Positions 1 through 11,374 are shown, numbered from the stretch's first letter. The stretch is 64,000 nucleotides of DNA from Nitrospirota bacterium (GCA_963740085.1 CAVUCU010000004.1:128001-192000); one strand, 5' to 3'. Translations and numbers: made by a program. The notes: generated by a model not told the origin, from the letters alone.

Positions 1-1
1 T

Positions 2-1744
2 GATTACTTTACCGGCGCCTCTTTTAACGGCCCGGGTCCCGACCATGACCGCTTCTTTCTTTCTCCCGCCCAATACGCCCTGGTGCTCTACGCGACCCTG
101 ATCGAGACGGGACGCATGGCGGAGGAAGGGCTTCTCCAGTTCAACAAGGATGGAAGTTCGGTCGAAATGATCGGCGCCGAGCATTCGCCGGGTATGGAGA
201 CCATGACCGGCTCTCTCGGCCAGGGCATCAGCCAGGCGGCAGGCATCGCCATGGCCAGAAAGAGAAAGGAAGAGAAGGGCAGGGTGATCATCTTCATGTC
301 CGACGGCGAGTTCCAGATCGGCCAGACCTGGGAGGCGCTCCAGTCACTGTCCTTTCACATGCTCGACAACGTGGTCATCTTCGTTGATGTGAACGGCTTC
401 CAGTGCGACGGCAAGATGTGCACGGTCATGGACATCGAACCGCTGGACAAGCGGATCGAATCCTTCGGGGCGCGGGTGCTCAGGGTCAATGGGCACGATA
501 TCAAGCGTCTCGCGGATGCCGGATCGCTTACCCCGGATGGACGGCCTGTTGTCGTGCTCTGCGATACCGATGCCGCACGGGGACTGGATATCCTCAAGTC
601 GCGGGCCCCGAAGATGCACTATGTCCGCTTCACGAGCGAAGAGGAAAAGGGCCGTTATGCTGCCGCTTATGCGGAGTTGTGCGGCAGGGAGTATTCGCCC
701 GAACAAAAGAAGGGGGCGGCGCCCGCAAGATCTTCCATCGGTCCGGAGATCGTTACCAGGGTCCACGCAAAGAACCTCGTCCGCTGGGCAGCGGACAAAC
801 CGGAAGTGCTGGTGCTCTCTGCGGACCTCACGAGTTCAACGGAGATCGATCTGTTCAGGTCTACGTATCCCGACCGCTTTCTGTCCATGGGCGTTGCGGA
901 ACAGAACATGCTGAGCTTTGCCGCCGGCCTTGCGCGGGAAGGTTTTATTCCCTTTGTGCATACCTTCGCGGTCTTCATCTATCGCCGCGCCTATGACCAG
1001 ATCGCGATGTCCGTCGCTTATCCGAACCTGCCGGTCCGGATGATCGGTTTTCTTCCGGGCATCACGACGCCGGGCGGGGCTACCCATCAGGCGATCGAGG
1101 ATATCGCGATCATGCGCGCGTTGCCGAACATGACTGTGCTTGAGTGCGGTGACGCGACCGAGGTGGAATCCGTCCTCGAGCTGATGCAGGAAATCAAAGG
1201 CCCGGTGTATGTGCGGATGCTGCGCGGCGAGATCCCGCGGCTCTTCAATAGTCCGATGAAATTGGGAACAGCGCGCGTCCTGACCGAAGGGAAGGATCTC
1301 GTCATTCTGTCAAGCGGCATCATGACCGAAGAGGCAATGCGGGCGGTTCAGGTCCTCCGGAAAAGGGGCCTCTCTGTTCAGCACATGCATATCTCTACAT
1401 TGAAGCCGTTCGATGATCGTTCCGTTCTCGATGCGATCAGCAGGTCGCGCTTCGGCGTCATCACCATGGAGAACCACACGGTCATCGGCGGTCTCGGCAC
1501 GATCATCGCCGAGAAGATGGCGGAATCCGGCATGTCGAAAAAACTGGTCAGGATCGGCCTGAAGGATACGTTCAGCCACGGCGCGAGCAAACAGTATCTT
1601 CTGAAGGAACACAAGATGGACGCGTTATCACTGATCAGCGAGGTTGAGGCGATGATCGGCCGGAAATTCAACATCCTGAAAGACGAATTGGCAGGGACGC
1701 ATGTAGCCGCTGTCCATAGCAAGGCCAAAGCTGAGGCGCTTTAA
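2..1744 (+). CDS. Transketolase-family TPP enzyme, N- and C-terminal halves fused; 5' end lies before the window
   Basis: Frame open from nt 2 (DYFTGASFNGPGPDHDRFFLSPAQYALVLYA...); motifs TGSLGQG, SDGE..GQTWEA, NGFQCDG, LSADL, MGVAEQNM, GGATHQ, ENH..GGLG. Confidence 0.9.
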   Translation, partial: DYFTGASFNGPGPDHDRFFLSPAQYALVLYATLIETGRMAEEGLLQFNKDGSSVEMIGAEHSPGMETMTGSLGQGISQAAGIAMARKRKEEKGRVIIFMSDGEFQIGQTWEALQSLSFHMLDNVVIFVDVNGFQCDGKMCTVMDIEPLDKRIESFGARVLRVNGHDIKRLADAGSLTPDGRPVVVLCDTDAARGLDILKSRAPKMHYVRFTSEEEKGRYAAAYAELCGREYSPEQKKGAAPARSSIGPEIVTRVHAKNLVRWAADKPEVLVLSADLTSSTEIDLFRSTYPDRFLSMGVAEQNMLSFAAGLAREGFIPFVHTFAVFIYRRAYDQIAMSVAYPNLPVRMIGFLPGITTPGGATHQAIEDIAIMRALPNMTVLECGDATEVESVLELMQEIKGPVYVRMLRGEIPRLFNSPMKLGTARVLTEGKDLVILSSGIMTEEAMRAVQVLRKRGLSVQHMHISTLKPFDDRSVLDAISRSRFGVITMENHTVIGGLGTIIAEKMAESGMSKKLVRIGLKDTFSHGASKQYLLKEHKMDALSLISEVEAMIGRKFNILKDELAGTHVAAVHSKAKAEAL

Positions 1745-2898
1745 TGATCATTCAAAAAACCTGCACGCCGAATTCCTTGTTCTCATTGGAACGTTTTTCC
1801 GTCACCTACCGGCTGTTCGGGGGCGAGAAGGACACGCGTGCCAAAGCCGAAGACATCTGCATTGAGCAGACCGTGGAATTTCCCGCCGATGAAGTGCCCG
1901 AGGGGATCATCAGAGACCATGTCTTCGGAAGGATCGAATCATTCGAGCGTTACGACAACGAAAGCTTCAAGGCGGTCATAAGCTATGCCGTGGAAATAGC
2001 GGCAGGCGAACTGACACAGTTCCTGAACGTTGTTTTCGGCAACAGCAGCATCAAGCCGGGCGTCAGGGTGGAGCACCTCGATCTGCCTGAATCGCTGGTT
2101 CGTTGCTTCAAAGGGCCGCGCTTCGGCAGGGTGGGATTACGAAACCTTCTGCAGGCCCCGAAGCGGCCGCTTCTTTCCACTGCGCTCAAACCCATGGGGC
2201 TTTCGTCACAGGAGCTTGCGGACCTGGCATACCAGTTCACCCTCGGGGGCATGGACCTCATCAAGGACGACCACGGACTGAGCAATCAGAGCTGTTCGCC
2301 ATTTGAGGAACGGGTCAGCCTTTGCGCTGCCGCAGTACAGAGGGGAAACAAGGAGACAGGCCAGCGCACGCTCTATGTGGCGAATATTACCGCTCCCCAC
2401 AGCGAGGTCATACAAAGAGCCCGCTTCGCGAAACGAGCCGGCGCGGGCGGCCTGATGGCAGCGCCGGGACTGATCGGCTTTGATCTGATGCGGGAACTTG
2501 CTGATGACGATTCGCTCGCGCTGCCGATCCTGACGCATCCGGCGTTGCAGGGAAGTTTTGTGGCCAGCCGGAACGGCATCTCGCACGGAGTCATCTTCGG
2601 CCAGCTCGCGCGCCTTGCAGGCGCGGACGCGACCATCTTCCCGAACTACGGCGGACGCTTTTCATTCAGCCGGGACGAGTGCAAAGAGATCGCCGGCGCA
2701 ACCTCGGCGCCGATGGGTCATCTCAAGTCGATCTTTCCCGCGCCGGGAGGAGGCATGAACCTCGAGAGGGTGCCGGAGATGATCGAGACCTACGGCCGGG
2801 ACCTAATTTTTCTGATCGGCGGGGGGTTGTTCAAGCACGGACCCGACCTTGTTGAGAACTGCCGGTATTTCAGAAAAATAGTGGAGGCGATGCAATAA
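1744..2898 (+). CDS. RuBisCO-like protein (form IV, KDDH type; resembles the R. rubrum MTRu-1P isomerase clade)
   Basis: EQTVEFP, GPRFG, LKPMGLS, IKDDHGL, HPALQG, FPNYGGRF, PAPGGG, IGGG; TAATG stop/start overlap with the transketolase. Confidence 0.9.
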   Translation: MIIQKTCTPNSLFSLERFSVTYRLFGGEKDTRAKAEDICIEQTVEFPADEVPEGIIRDHVFGRIESFERYDNESFKAVISYAVEIAAGELTQFLNVVFGNSSIKPGVRVEHLDLPESLVRCFKGPRFGRVGLRNLLQAPKRPLLSTALKPMGLSSQELADLAYQFTLGGMDLIKDDHGLSNQSCSPFEERVSLCAAAVQRGNKETGQRTLYVANITAPHSEVIQRARFAKRAGAGGLMAAPGLIGFDLMRELADDDSLALPILTHPALQGSFVASRNGISHGVIFGQLARLAGADATIFPNYGGRFSFSRDECKEIAGATSAPMGHLKSIFPAPGGGMNLERVPEMIETYGRDLIFLIGGGLFKHGPDLVENCRYFRKIVEAMQ

Positions 2899-3031
2899 GG
2901 TTAATCGTGCAAAGCACCGGGTTCCAGGTCCTGAGTGCTGACTGAACGGCAACAATGTTTAAATTTGATACTAGAAGCTTATCCTCTTTCTAACGCTCGG
3001 ACTTTTAAGCCCGTAGCTGGCGAGGCCACTT

Positions 3032-4225
3032 ATGCAAACAAAAAAGCTGCTCCTCGGAAGTTCGCTGGTCCTTTACTTTGTCATTGCCTTTGAAGTCTTG
3101 ATCATGATCAGCCCCTTTGCGGGCTTCTTCTACTCGGTCTTTAACCCGTTGCTGCTCAATCTCGCGAGCCGTCCCTCAACGCGATGGCTCAGCGCCTTTT
3201 ACCTGCCGCACATGGTCCTGCCTCAGGACCCGCTCCTTCAGTTCGTGCGCATCATGGGATCGGTCCTCTTCGTTTTCGGGATGGCGATCTTTTTCGTGTG
3301 CGCCGGCCAGATTTACTTCGCCAAATTCACTAAAAAGGGTGCCGTCCTGGGCGGCCTGTACGCCTATATCCGGCATCCTCAGTACCTTGCACTGGGGATA
3401 GCGGGCCTCGGGCTTTCCATCCTCTGGCCGCGTTTTTTAACTATCGTACTATGGCTCGCTATGGCATTGGTATATTATTTTCTTGCCAAGGATGAAGAAC
3501 GAAGGATGCTGAATGCACATGAGGCGACCTATCGTTCGTACATGGATAAGACCGGGATGTTTTTGCCGGGGAGGTTGGAAAAATCTTTGACTCCATCCTC
3601 AACTATCGGGAAGGTCGTTTTCGCAATCGGACTCGCAGCAATGGTCATTGGAACAGCTTTCTTTCTCCGCATGCATACAATCAGGCAACTGACACTCTGG
3701 ACAAAAGCGCCCAACGTGGTCGGCATCGCCATCCTGCCCGAGGACGGATTCAAGATGGAGCACCGGATGAGCGACATTTGTTCACTTCCGGAAGTACAGT
3801 CACGGATACAGGACAATAAAAAGTACCTCGTCTATTTTATTCCGCGGGACTATATTATGCAGGGCATGATCGCGGATACCGGCGGGGACTGGAGGCTTTA
3901 TAATCAGCACCACTCTTTGTCCATGATCTCTGACTGGGTGTTCCATCCCTTCCGGCATCTCAGAGAAGGGCATCACGCAATGCATGGCGCGATGCAGATG
4001 CAGCATCCGGGGAACGAGGCACCGGCGGGCGGCGTGGTCCGGAGACTCATCTTTCTTTCGATCGAGGATATTGAAGTGAATTCTCCGGATGACCTATTCT
4101 CGATCAATGCCCTTCGCGTTCCGCGGTTCATGGTGGATGTGGACGTGCACGCCCTGCAACTGATCGAGGTCAAGGACCTCGCGCACGGGAGCGGGTGGGG
4201 GACCGTTCCGACGCCGGTGTTCTGA
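3032..4225 (+). CDS. Membrane protein, isoprenylcysteine carboxylmethyltransferase/PEMT-like family, with a C-terminal soluble domain containing a His/Met-rich loop
   Basis: GLYAYIRHPQY and EERRM...Y..Y...T..FLP motifs, several TM segments, HPFRHLREGHHAMHGAMQMQH. Confidence 0.7.
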   Translation: MQTKKLLLGSSLVLYFVIAFEVLIMISPFAGFFYSVFNPLLLNLASRPSTRWLSAFYLPHMVLPQDPLLQFVRIMGSVLFVFGMAIFFVCAGQIYFAKFTKKGAVLGGLYAYIRHPQYLALGIAGLGLSILWPRFLTIVLWLAMALVYYFLAKDEERRMLNAHEATYRSYMDKTGMFLPGRLEKSLTPSSTIGKVVFAIGLAAMVIGTAFFLRMHTIRQLTLWTKAPNVVGIAILPEDGFKMEHRMSDICSLPEVQSRIQDNKKYLVYFIPRDYIMQGMIADTGGDWRLYNQHHSLSMISDWVFHPFRHLREGHHAMHGAMQMQHPGNEAPAGGVVRRLIFLSIEDIEVNSPDDLFSINALRVPRFMVDVDVHALQLIEVKDLAHGSGWGTVPTPVF

Positions 4226-4354
4226 AAGAAAACTTGTTTTTTGCAACGTCAAAAGGACGACCAGTGGAAACCTTCTTGTAAATAATATCCCCTTCGTTCC
4301 GCGCGGGCGTTCCGAGAGGAGCGCTTTCGTCGTAACGCCTTGCTCCCGTTCGTT

Positions 4355-5327
4355 CTATCCCTTCCTTGCTGTCAGCACGACGGTGTCCCCGAGGACCATC
4401 GTCTTAATGCTTCTAAAGCCCGTCTTTATGAGCCACGCCTTCATCTCCTGGACAGTATAACTTCTGCCTGCCGCAGTATTGACGAGCATATTGACGGAGA
4501 AGAGCGCGCCGGGGACCGGGAAGGCCCTGTTGTTTTCCAGGAAGAACTCGTGGATAGCGATCCTGCCTTTCGGGTTCAGCGCATCCCGGGATTTATTCAG
4601 AAGCGCAAGGCTTTCATCCTTGGAAAGAGAATGCAGTATCTGGCTGACGAACACCAGGTCGTAGTTGTCTCCCGATATCATCGGAATGATAATCGCCGCC
4701 GATAAATTCAATGCTCCTGACCTTCGATGCCTTGACGATCTTCCTCGCGATATCGACGGTATCGGGCAGGTCGAAGAGCGTGACCGTCATGCCGTGCCGG
4801 GCAAGTTCCATGCTGTAGGTCCCGGGACCGCCGCCGAGGTCGAGCGCCTTTTTCACGTTGCTCAGGTCAAGGGCCCCGATCACCGTGCTTGCGCGAAAGA
4901 CCGCATTGTTATGCATGGCCATGATGAACGACTCGTGATCACGGCCCCCTGAACGGTTCGGCAGGCCGGTCTTCATGACCTCGTCGAGCCCGGACCAGTT
5001 CTTCCAGAGCGCGTCCGAATGGCGAAGCATGTCGCCCTGGTACCAGGGCGATTCTTTCAGGAGAAATTTTTTCGCCAGGACCGCATTGTGATACGTCGCT
5101 CCTGTTTTCTTGAGCAGTCCGAGGGCCGTAACCGCATCAAGCAGGATCTCCGTTGCCCGCACATCGGTCTTGATCTTCCCCGCAAGCCAAATCGCGGTCT
5201 TCGGTGTCTTGAGGTGTTCAAAGACCGCGTAATTGTTCGCGGTCAGTATCACGCGAGATGCTCGGAACCCGCCCGAGAGCCGCATAAAAACCTGCATCTG
5301 GTTCATAGTGTCTTTGTTCATTGGCAT
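4355..5327 (-). pseudogene. O-methyltransferase (family 2: dimerisation plus SAM domain) split by a one-base insertion at ~4671-4673; pseudogene or sequencing error
   Basis: ORF 4614-5327 has LDLGGGPG, FDLP, GGDY; ORF 4355-4711 continues DNYDLVFVSQILH...LNPKGRIAIHE; removing one G from ATC GGG AGA CAA restores DIGDNYDLVF. Confidence 0.8.
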
Positions 5328-5567
5328 GTCCTTTCTTTCTCTTCAGCCGTCATTCCCGAGAAAAGAGTGATCCGATCTCCTGGTTTTGACTGGCAGTGTC
5401 CAAACACATCATAGCGCACGATCCAAGGAGAAGTCAATGACTCAACCTGAAATAGGCTTGAAATTGCCCCGGATTTGAACGATAATCCAACTTCAGAGGC
5501 ATCGAAGGCAAGAGCTCCAATGCTCACCAATCGGTATCTTGACGTGAAGCCTGCGCGAACAATATCG

Positions 5568-5597
5568 TTGACAATCACTTCTGGCGTGCTCTATACT
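5568..5597 (+). promoter_or_regulatory. Putative sigma70 promoter TTGACA-N18-TATACT
   Basis: Near-consensus hexamers about 50 nt upstream of the DUF2127-hisS run. Confidence 0.5.
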
Positions 5598-5645
5598 CAC
5601 AGTTATCAGCAAGGTCACCACGAAACAGAATGACGGGCCGAGCAT

Positions 5646-6137
5646 GTGCCGACAATGATATTTCAGGATCATTCAAAAGGCGGTCTTCGTGTCGTCTCCA
5701 TTTTTGAAGCATTAAAAGGACTGCTTGTTTTGCTAACCGGATGCGGACTGCTGATGTACATTCACCAGGACCTTCATCTTGCCGCAGAGCAGCTTGTCCG
5801 GCATTTTCATTTGAATCCGGCCAGTCGCTACCCGCGGATCTTCCTCGATCTCGCTGATCATATATCGGACAAGCAGCTATGGGTCATGGCCTTTTCCGCG
5901 CTGCTCTATTCAGTTGTCCGTTTTGTCGAAGCGTATGGGCTGTGGCTGCGGCGGCAGTGGGCTGAGTGGTTCGGTCTCTTGTCGGGAGGCATATATGTCC
6001 CCATCGAGATATTCGAACTCATACGCAAAATCACGTGGCCGAGAATGACGGTGTTAATCGTTAATGCGGCTATTGTCGCGTATCTGGCGTATATCCTGTA
6101 TCAATCAAGACAGGAAAACAAACAGGTTCGGTGGTAA
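5646..6137 (+). CDS. DUF2127-like membrane protein
   Basis: FEALKG, EAYGLW..RQWAEWF, YVPIEIFE motifs; exact start uncertain. Confidence 0.75.
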   Translation: MPTMIFQDHSKGGLRVVSIFEALKGLLVLLTGCGLLMYIHQDLHLAAEQLVRHFHLNPASRYPRIFLDLADHISDKQLWVMAFSALLYSVVRFVEAYGLWLRRQWAEWFGLLSGGIYVPIEIFELIRKITWPRMTVLIVNAAIVAYLAYILYQSRQENKQVRW

Positions 6138-6164
6138 CAAACCATTACAATACAAGGAGTCTGA

Positions 6165-7418
6165 ATGTCGATCCAGGCAATTAAAGGCGTGAAGGACGTG
6201 CTGCCGTCGGACATGCCGGTATGGCAATACCTCGAGGCGACGGCGCGCAAGCTGTTTCAGGACTATGGGTTCACCGAGATACGGGTCCCTGTGTTCGAAT
6301 ATACGGAGTTGTTCGCCCGGAGCATCGGCGCATCAACGGACATTGTTGAGAAGGAGATGTATACCTTTGAGGACCGTGACGGCAGAAAGATCACGCTCAG
6401 GCCGGAAGGGACCGCCGGCGTGGTGCGTGCGTTCATAGAACACAAGCTGTATGCCGATGCCCAGCTGACGAAGCTGTACTACCTCGGCCCCATGTTCCGG
6501 CATGAGCGGCCGCAGAAAGGCCGTTATCGCCAGTTCTACCAGATCGGTGTCGAGTCGCTCGGACTTGACCACCCTCATGTCGATATCGAGGTCCTTGCGA
6601 TGCTGCACGACCTTTTCGACAGACTCGGCATCGGCGGCTTGAGCCTCCAGATTAATTCTCTCGGTGACGGCGAGTGCAGGGGAGCATACCGGGCTGCGCT
6701 CAAGCAGTATTTAAAGGCAAAACTCCCCGCGTTGTGCGCGGATTGTCAACGGCGGTACGAGACGAACCCGCTCCGCGTTCTGGACTGCAAAGTGGACGCG
6801 GACAAGTTCACGGACTCGCCGGTGATGCTGGATTATCTCTGCGCTCCCTGCAAGTCGCATTTCGAGACCGTGGAACAGGGACTTCAGAAGCTCGGCATCC
6901 CTTTTGAGGTCAACAAGCGCCTGGTACGGGGACTCGACTATTATACCCGCACGACATTCGAACTCGTGATGGGCCATATGGGCGCGCAGAATACCGTGGC
7001 CGCAGGAGGCAGGTACGACGGACTGGTCAAGGAGATCGGCGGCCCGGCAACACCAGGGATCGGTTTTGCGCTCGGCGTCGAGCGGGCCATATCACTCATG
7101 GAAACCGGGAACGTAGTGTTTCCCCGGCCTGCGCTCTTCGTCGCGGCGCTCGGACCGGACGCAGTGGCGCTGGTACTTCCGATCGTCCTTCACCTCAAAT
7201 CGTCCGGGATGCCCGTTGAAACGGATTACTCCGGCGCAAGCCTCAAGAGCCAGATGAAGAAAGCCGACAAATCCGGAGCTCCATACACGCTGATCATCGG
7301 CGAACAGGAGATGAAGAGCGGGATGGCGGTCCTCCGGAATATGCAGACCAAAGAGCAGGAAGAGATCGCATTGAAGGATATCGAAGAGGCACTGAAGAAG
7401 AGAGCGGCCCTCGCATAA
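6165..7418 (+). CDS. hisS: Histidyl-tRNA synthetase
   Basis: KEMYTF, LRPEGTA, FRHERPQKGRYRQF, LVRGLDYY, GGRYD; AAGGAG RBS. Confidence 0.98.
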   Translation: MSIQAIKGVKDVLPSDMPVWQYLEATARKLFQDYGFTEIRVPVFEYTELFARSIGASTDIVEKEMYTFEDRDGRKITLRPEGTAGVVRAFIEHKLYADAQLTKLYYLGPMFRHERPQKGRYRQFYQIGVESLGLDHPHVDIEVLAMLHDLFDRLGIGGLSLQINSLGDGECRGAYRAALKQYLKAKLPALCADCQRRYETNPLRVLDCKVDADKFTDSPVMLDYLCAPCKSHFETVEQGLQKLGIPFEVNKRLVRGLDYYTRTTFELVMGHMGAQNTVAAGGRYDGLVKEIGGPATPGIGFALGVERAISLMETGNVVFPRPALFVAALGPDAVALVLPIVLHLKSSGMPVETDYSGASLKSQMKKADKSGAPYTLIIGEQEMKSGMAVLRNMQTKEQEEIALKDIEEALKKRAALA

Positions 7419-7897
7419 TGAGAGTAGGAGTTCTTTCCGATACCCATGTCCCGGCCATTGCCCGGGCATTGCCTGCGGTTATCTTCGACATCTTTAAGGG
7501 CGTCGACCTCATCCTCCATGCAGGCGATATCCTCGAGATGTCCGTGCTCGATGAACTCAGGACCATAGCGCCCGTCGAGGCGGTCGCCGGCAACATGGAC
7601 GGGTCCGAGGTCCAATTGAGCCTTCCTTATAAAAAGATCATTCCCCTCGCTCAATACACCGCCGGACTTATTCACGGCAAATACAGAATAGACGTTCAGC
7701 GCGATATGATCAGGAGAGAGTTCGATGCCGTTGATCTGATCGTCTACGGACACTCGCACACGCCTTTCTGGGGAAAGGTGAATGGCGTTTATTTCCTGAA
7801 CCCGGGAAGCCCGACCGATACGCGACATGCACCGTATAATTCCGTTGCCATACTTGAGGTGGGGGACGAATTGAAAGCGGAGATAATAAGGCTCTGA
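7418..7897 (+). CDS. YfcE/MJ0936-family metallophosphoesterase
   Basis: SDTH, HAGD, GNMD, HG, GHSH, NPGS motifs. Confidence 0.9.
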   Translation: MRVGVLSDTHVPAIARALPAVIFDIFKGVDLILHAGDILEMSVLDELRTIAPVEAVAGNMDGSEVQLSLPYKKIIPLAQYTAGLIHGKYRIDVQRDMIRREFDAVDLIVYGHSHTPFWGKVNGVYFLNPGSPTDTRHAPYNSVAILEVGDELKAEIIRL

Positions 7898-8012
7898 TAA
7901 AGACGCATTTGAAATTGTCACAGACGTGCCGGGATGTACCTTTATTATTTCATCCGCATTAAATCATTTTAAGTTGCAAAGGACTTTGCTTTATGATAAA
8001 TTTCGGACAGCT

Positions 8013-9443
8013 ATGGCGATTGAAAAAATAAAGTTCGGGACATCGGGCTGGCGGGGCGTCATCGCGGATGACTTTACCTTCAGCAGAGTACGGGCCGTGA
8101 CCCAGGCGATCGCCGATCACCTTGTTGCGCAAGGGCTGAAAGACAAGGGTGTGGTCGTAGGATATGATACGCGCTTTTTGTCCGAGCGGTTTGCCGCGGA
8201 GTCCGTCCGGGTTTTTGCGGCAAACGGGATACGTTCTTTTCTCTCGAACAGGGATGTCCCCACGCCTGCGGTCGCCTTCGACATCATTCGGAGAAAGGCC
8301 GCCGGTGGCATCAACTTCACTGCGAGTCACAACCCGCCGGAATACAACGGCCTGAAATTCTCCGCGGCCTGGGGTGGTCCGGCCCTGCCTGAAACCACGA
8401 AAGATATTGAAGTACGGGCCAACGCTCTTGTCGATAAAAATTCCATAGGGATCCTGTCGCTGGCAGAGGCGAAGCAAAAGGGGATGGTGGACGAGGTCGA
8501 CCATCGCAAGGCTTATCTTGATGACCTGCGAAAAAAGATCGACTTTGAACCCATTAAAAAAGCAAAATTAAAGATCGCCATCGACCTGCTTTACGGGACG
8601 GGCAGGGACTATCTGGACAGCCTGCTCAAGGAAGCCGGCTGCGCGGTCACGGTCCTCCATGGACATCGCGACGCGCTGTTCGGCGGCCGATCTCCGGAAC
8701 CGTCCGAGGAAAACCTCGCGGAACTTTCAGAACTGATGAAAAAGGGACGCTATGACCTCGGCCTGGCAGTCGACGGCGACGCTGACCGTTTCGGGATCAT
8801 GGATCCGGACGGGACGTACATTAATCCGAATCAGGTCCTGGCCCTGGTCCTGGATTACCTTTGCCGGACACGGGGCTGGAAAGGCGGCGCCGCGCGCTCT
8901 ATCGCCACTACCCATCTCATCGACGCGGTAGCCAAGAAACACGGCATCGAGGTGTACGAAACGGGCGTAGGGTTCAAATTCATCGGGGACCTGCTGGTAC
9001 AGGGCAAGATCATCTTCGGCGGTGAGGAAAGCGCAGGGATGACGATCAAGGACCACGTGCCTGAAAAGGACGGCATCCTTGCCTGCCTTCTGGTCGCTGA
9101 AATGGTTTCGAGCGAACGAAAGACGATCAAGGACATGCTGAAGAGGCTCTATAAAGAAGTAGGTACTATTTTAAATGACCGGGTCAATATACGATTAACC
9201 GAAGCGAATCACGCGTCAGTGTATGCGCGGCTCAGTCAGCCCCTGAACGAGTTCGGCGGGCTCCGGGTCAAGGGCAAGAAGACCACCGCCGACGGGACCA
9301 AGTACATGCTTGAGGACGACAGCTGGGTCCTGATGCGCGCTTCAGGCACCGAGCCGGTGGTGAGAGTGTATGTCGAGTCCTCTTCCGAGGAAAAGATAAA
9401 GGAACTAATAGAGGCGGGCAAGAAGTTCATACTGGGGCAGTGA
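8013..9443 (+). CDS. Phosphoglucomutase/phosphomannomutase
   Basis: FGTSGWRG, TASHNP, DGDADRF, GEES, RASGTEP; ATG 8013 preferred over GTG 7926. Confidence 0.95.
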   Translation: MAIEKIKFGTSGWRGVIADDFTFSRVRAVTQAIADHLVAQGLKDKGVVVGYDTRFLSERFAAESVRVFAANGIRSFLSNRDVPTPAVAFDIIRRKAAGGINFTASHNPPEYNGLKFSAAWGGPALPETTKDIEVRANALVDKNSIGILSLAEAKQKGMVDEVDHRKAYLDDLRKKIDFEPIKKAKLKIAIDLLYGTGRDYLDSLLKEAGCAVTVLHGHRDALFGGRSPEPSEENLAELSELMKKGRYDLGLAVDGDADRFGIMDPDGTYINPNQVLALVLDYLCRTRGWKGGAARSIATTHLIDAVAKKHGIEVYETGVGFKFIGDLLVQGKIIFGGEESAGMTIKDHVPEKDGILACLLVAEMVSSERKTIKDMLKRLYKEVGTILNDRVNIRLTEANHASVYARLSQPLNEFGGLRVKGKKTTADGTKYMLEDDSWVLMRASGTEPVVRVYVESSSEEKIKELIEAGKKFILGQ

Positions 9444-9449
9444 GCCCAC

Positions 9450-10805
<1,356 letters not shown>

Positions 10806-10842
10806 GGAATCAAATTCTTCACCAACTGGAAAGATAGTTTAC

Positions 10843-10934
10843 CGCGAAGGCGCGAGGGACGCCAAGGAGCGATAATGATTCTATGGTTAAATACCAGAAG
10901 TCATGATTTCCTTGGCGCCCTTCGCGCCTTCGCG
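10843..10934. repeat. Palindromic element with 26-bp arms built from CGCGAAGG-type units; possible terminator of eno
   Basis: cgcgaaggcgcgagggacgccaagga ... tccttggcgcccttcgcgccttcgcg, 24/26 complementary. Confidence 0.8.
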
Positions 10935-10987
10935 ATTCAAAGGTTTTGTTCCGGCTTGTCCGGATCAGGTATTCCGCACCGCTAATC

Positions 10988-11374
10988 ATGGATCGATCCG
11001 CATTCGAAATACTCGTTCAGAACTCCCTGCGAAAACTTCCCCGAAAGTTTAAAAAGAAACTCGCCAATATCTCCGTTGAGGTGGAAGACCGGCCTTCTCA
11101 GGCGCTGCTGAACGATATGGGAATACGATCCGGCACGCTTTTCGGCCTTTATCAGGGCGTGCCGCTCACGCAGCGGGAATGGAATTACGGCAACATGCTT
11201 CCTGACCGCATAGTTATCTACCAACGCACGATTGAGAGCGTTGCCGAATCTCCTGAACAGATTGAGAAAATAGTCCTGGACACGGTGATTCACGAAATCG
11301 GGCATTATTTCGGGTTTTCCGATCAGGAGTTGCGTGAGATGGAGATTGAGAAAAGAAGGGAAGAGCGGATTTAG
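10988..11374 (+). CDS. Zincin-like metallopeptidase (DUF1025/Zincin_1 type)
   Basis: GLYQGVPLT.R, PDRIVIYQR, HEIGHYFG. Confidence 0.85.
   Translation: MDRSAFEILVQNSLRKLPRKFKKKLANISVEVEDRPSQALLNDMGIRSGTLFGLYQGVPLTQREWNYGNMLPDRIVIYQRTIESVAESPEQIEKIVLDTVIHEIGHYFGFSDQELREMEIEKRREERI

Noticed and set aside
1744-2898. True CO2-fixing RuBisCO
   Set aside because: KDDH instead of KDDE, Arg in the loop-6 position, short length, no small subunit or phosphoribulokinase in the window
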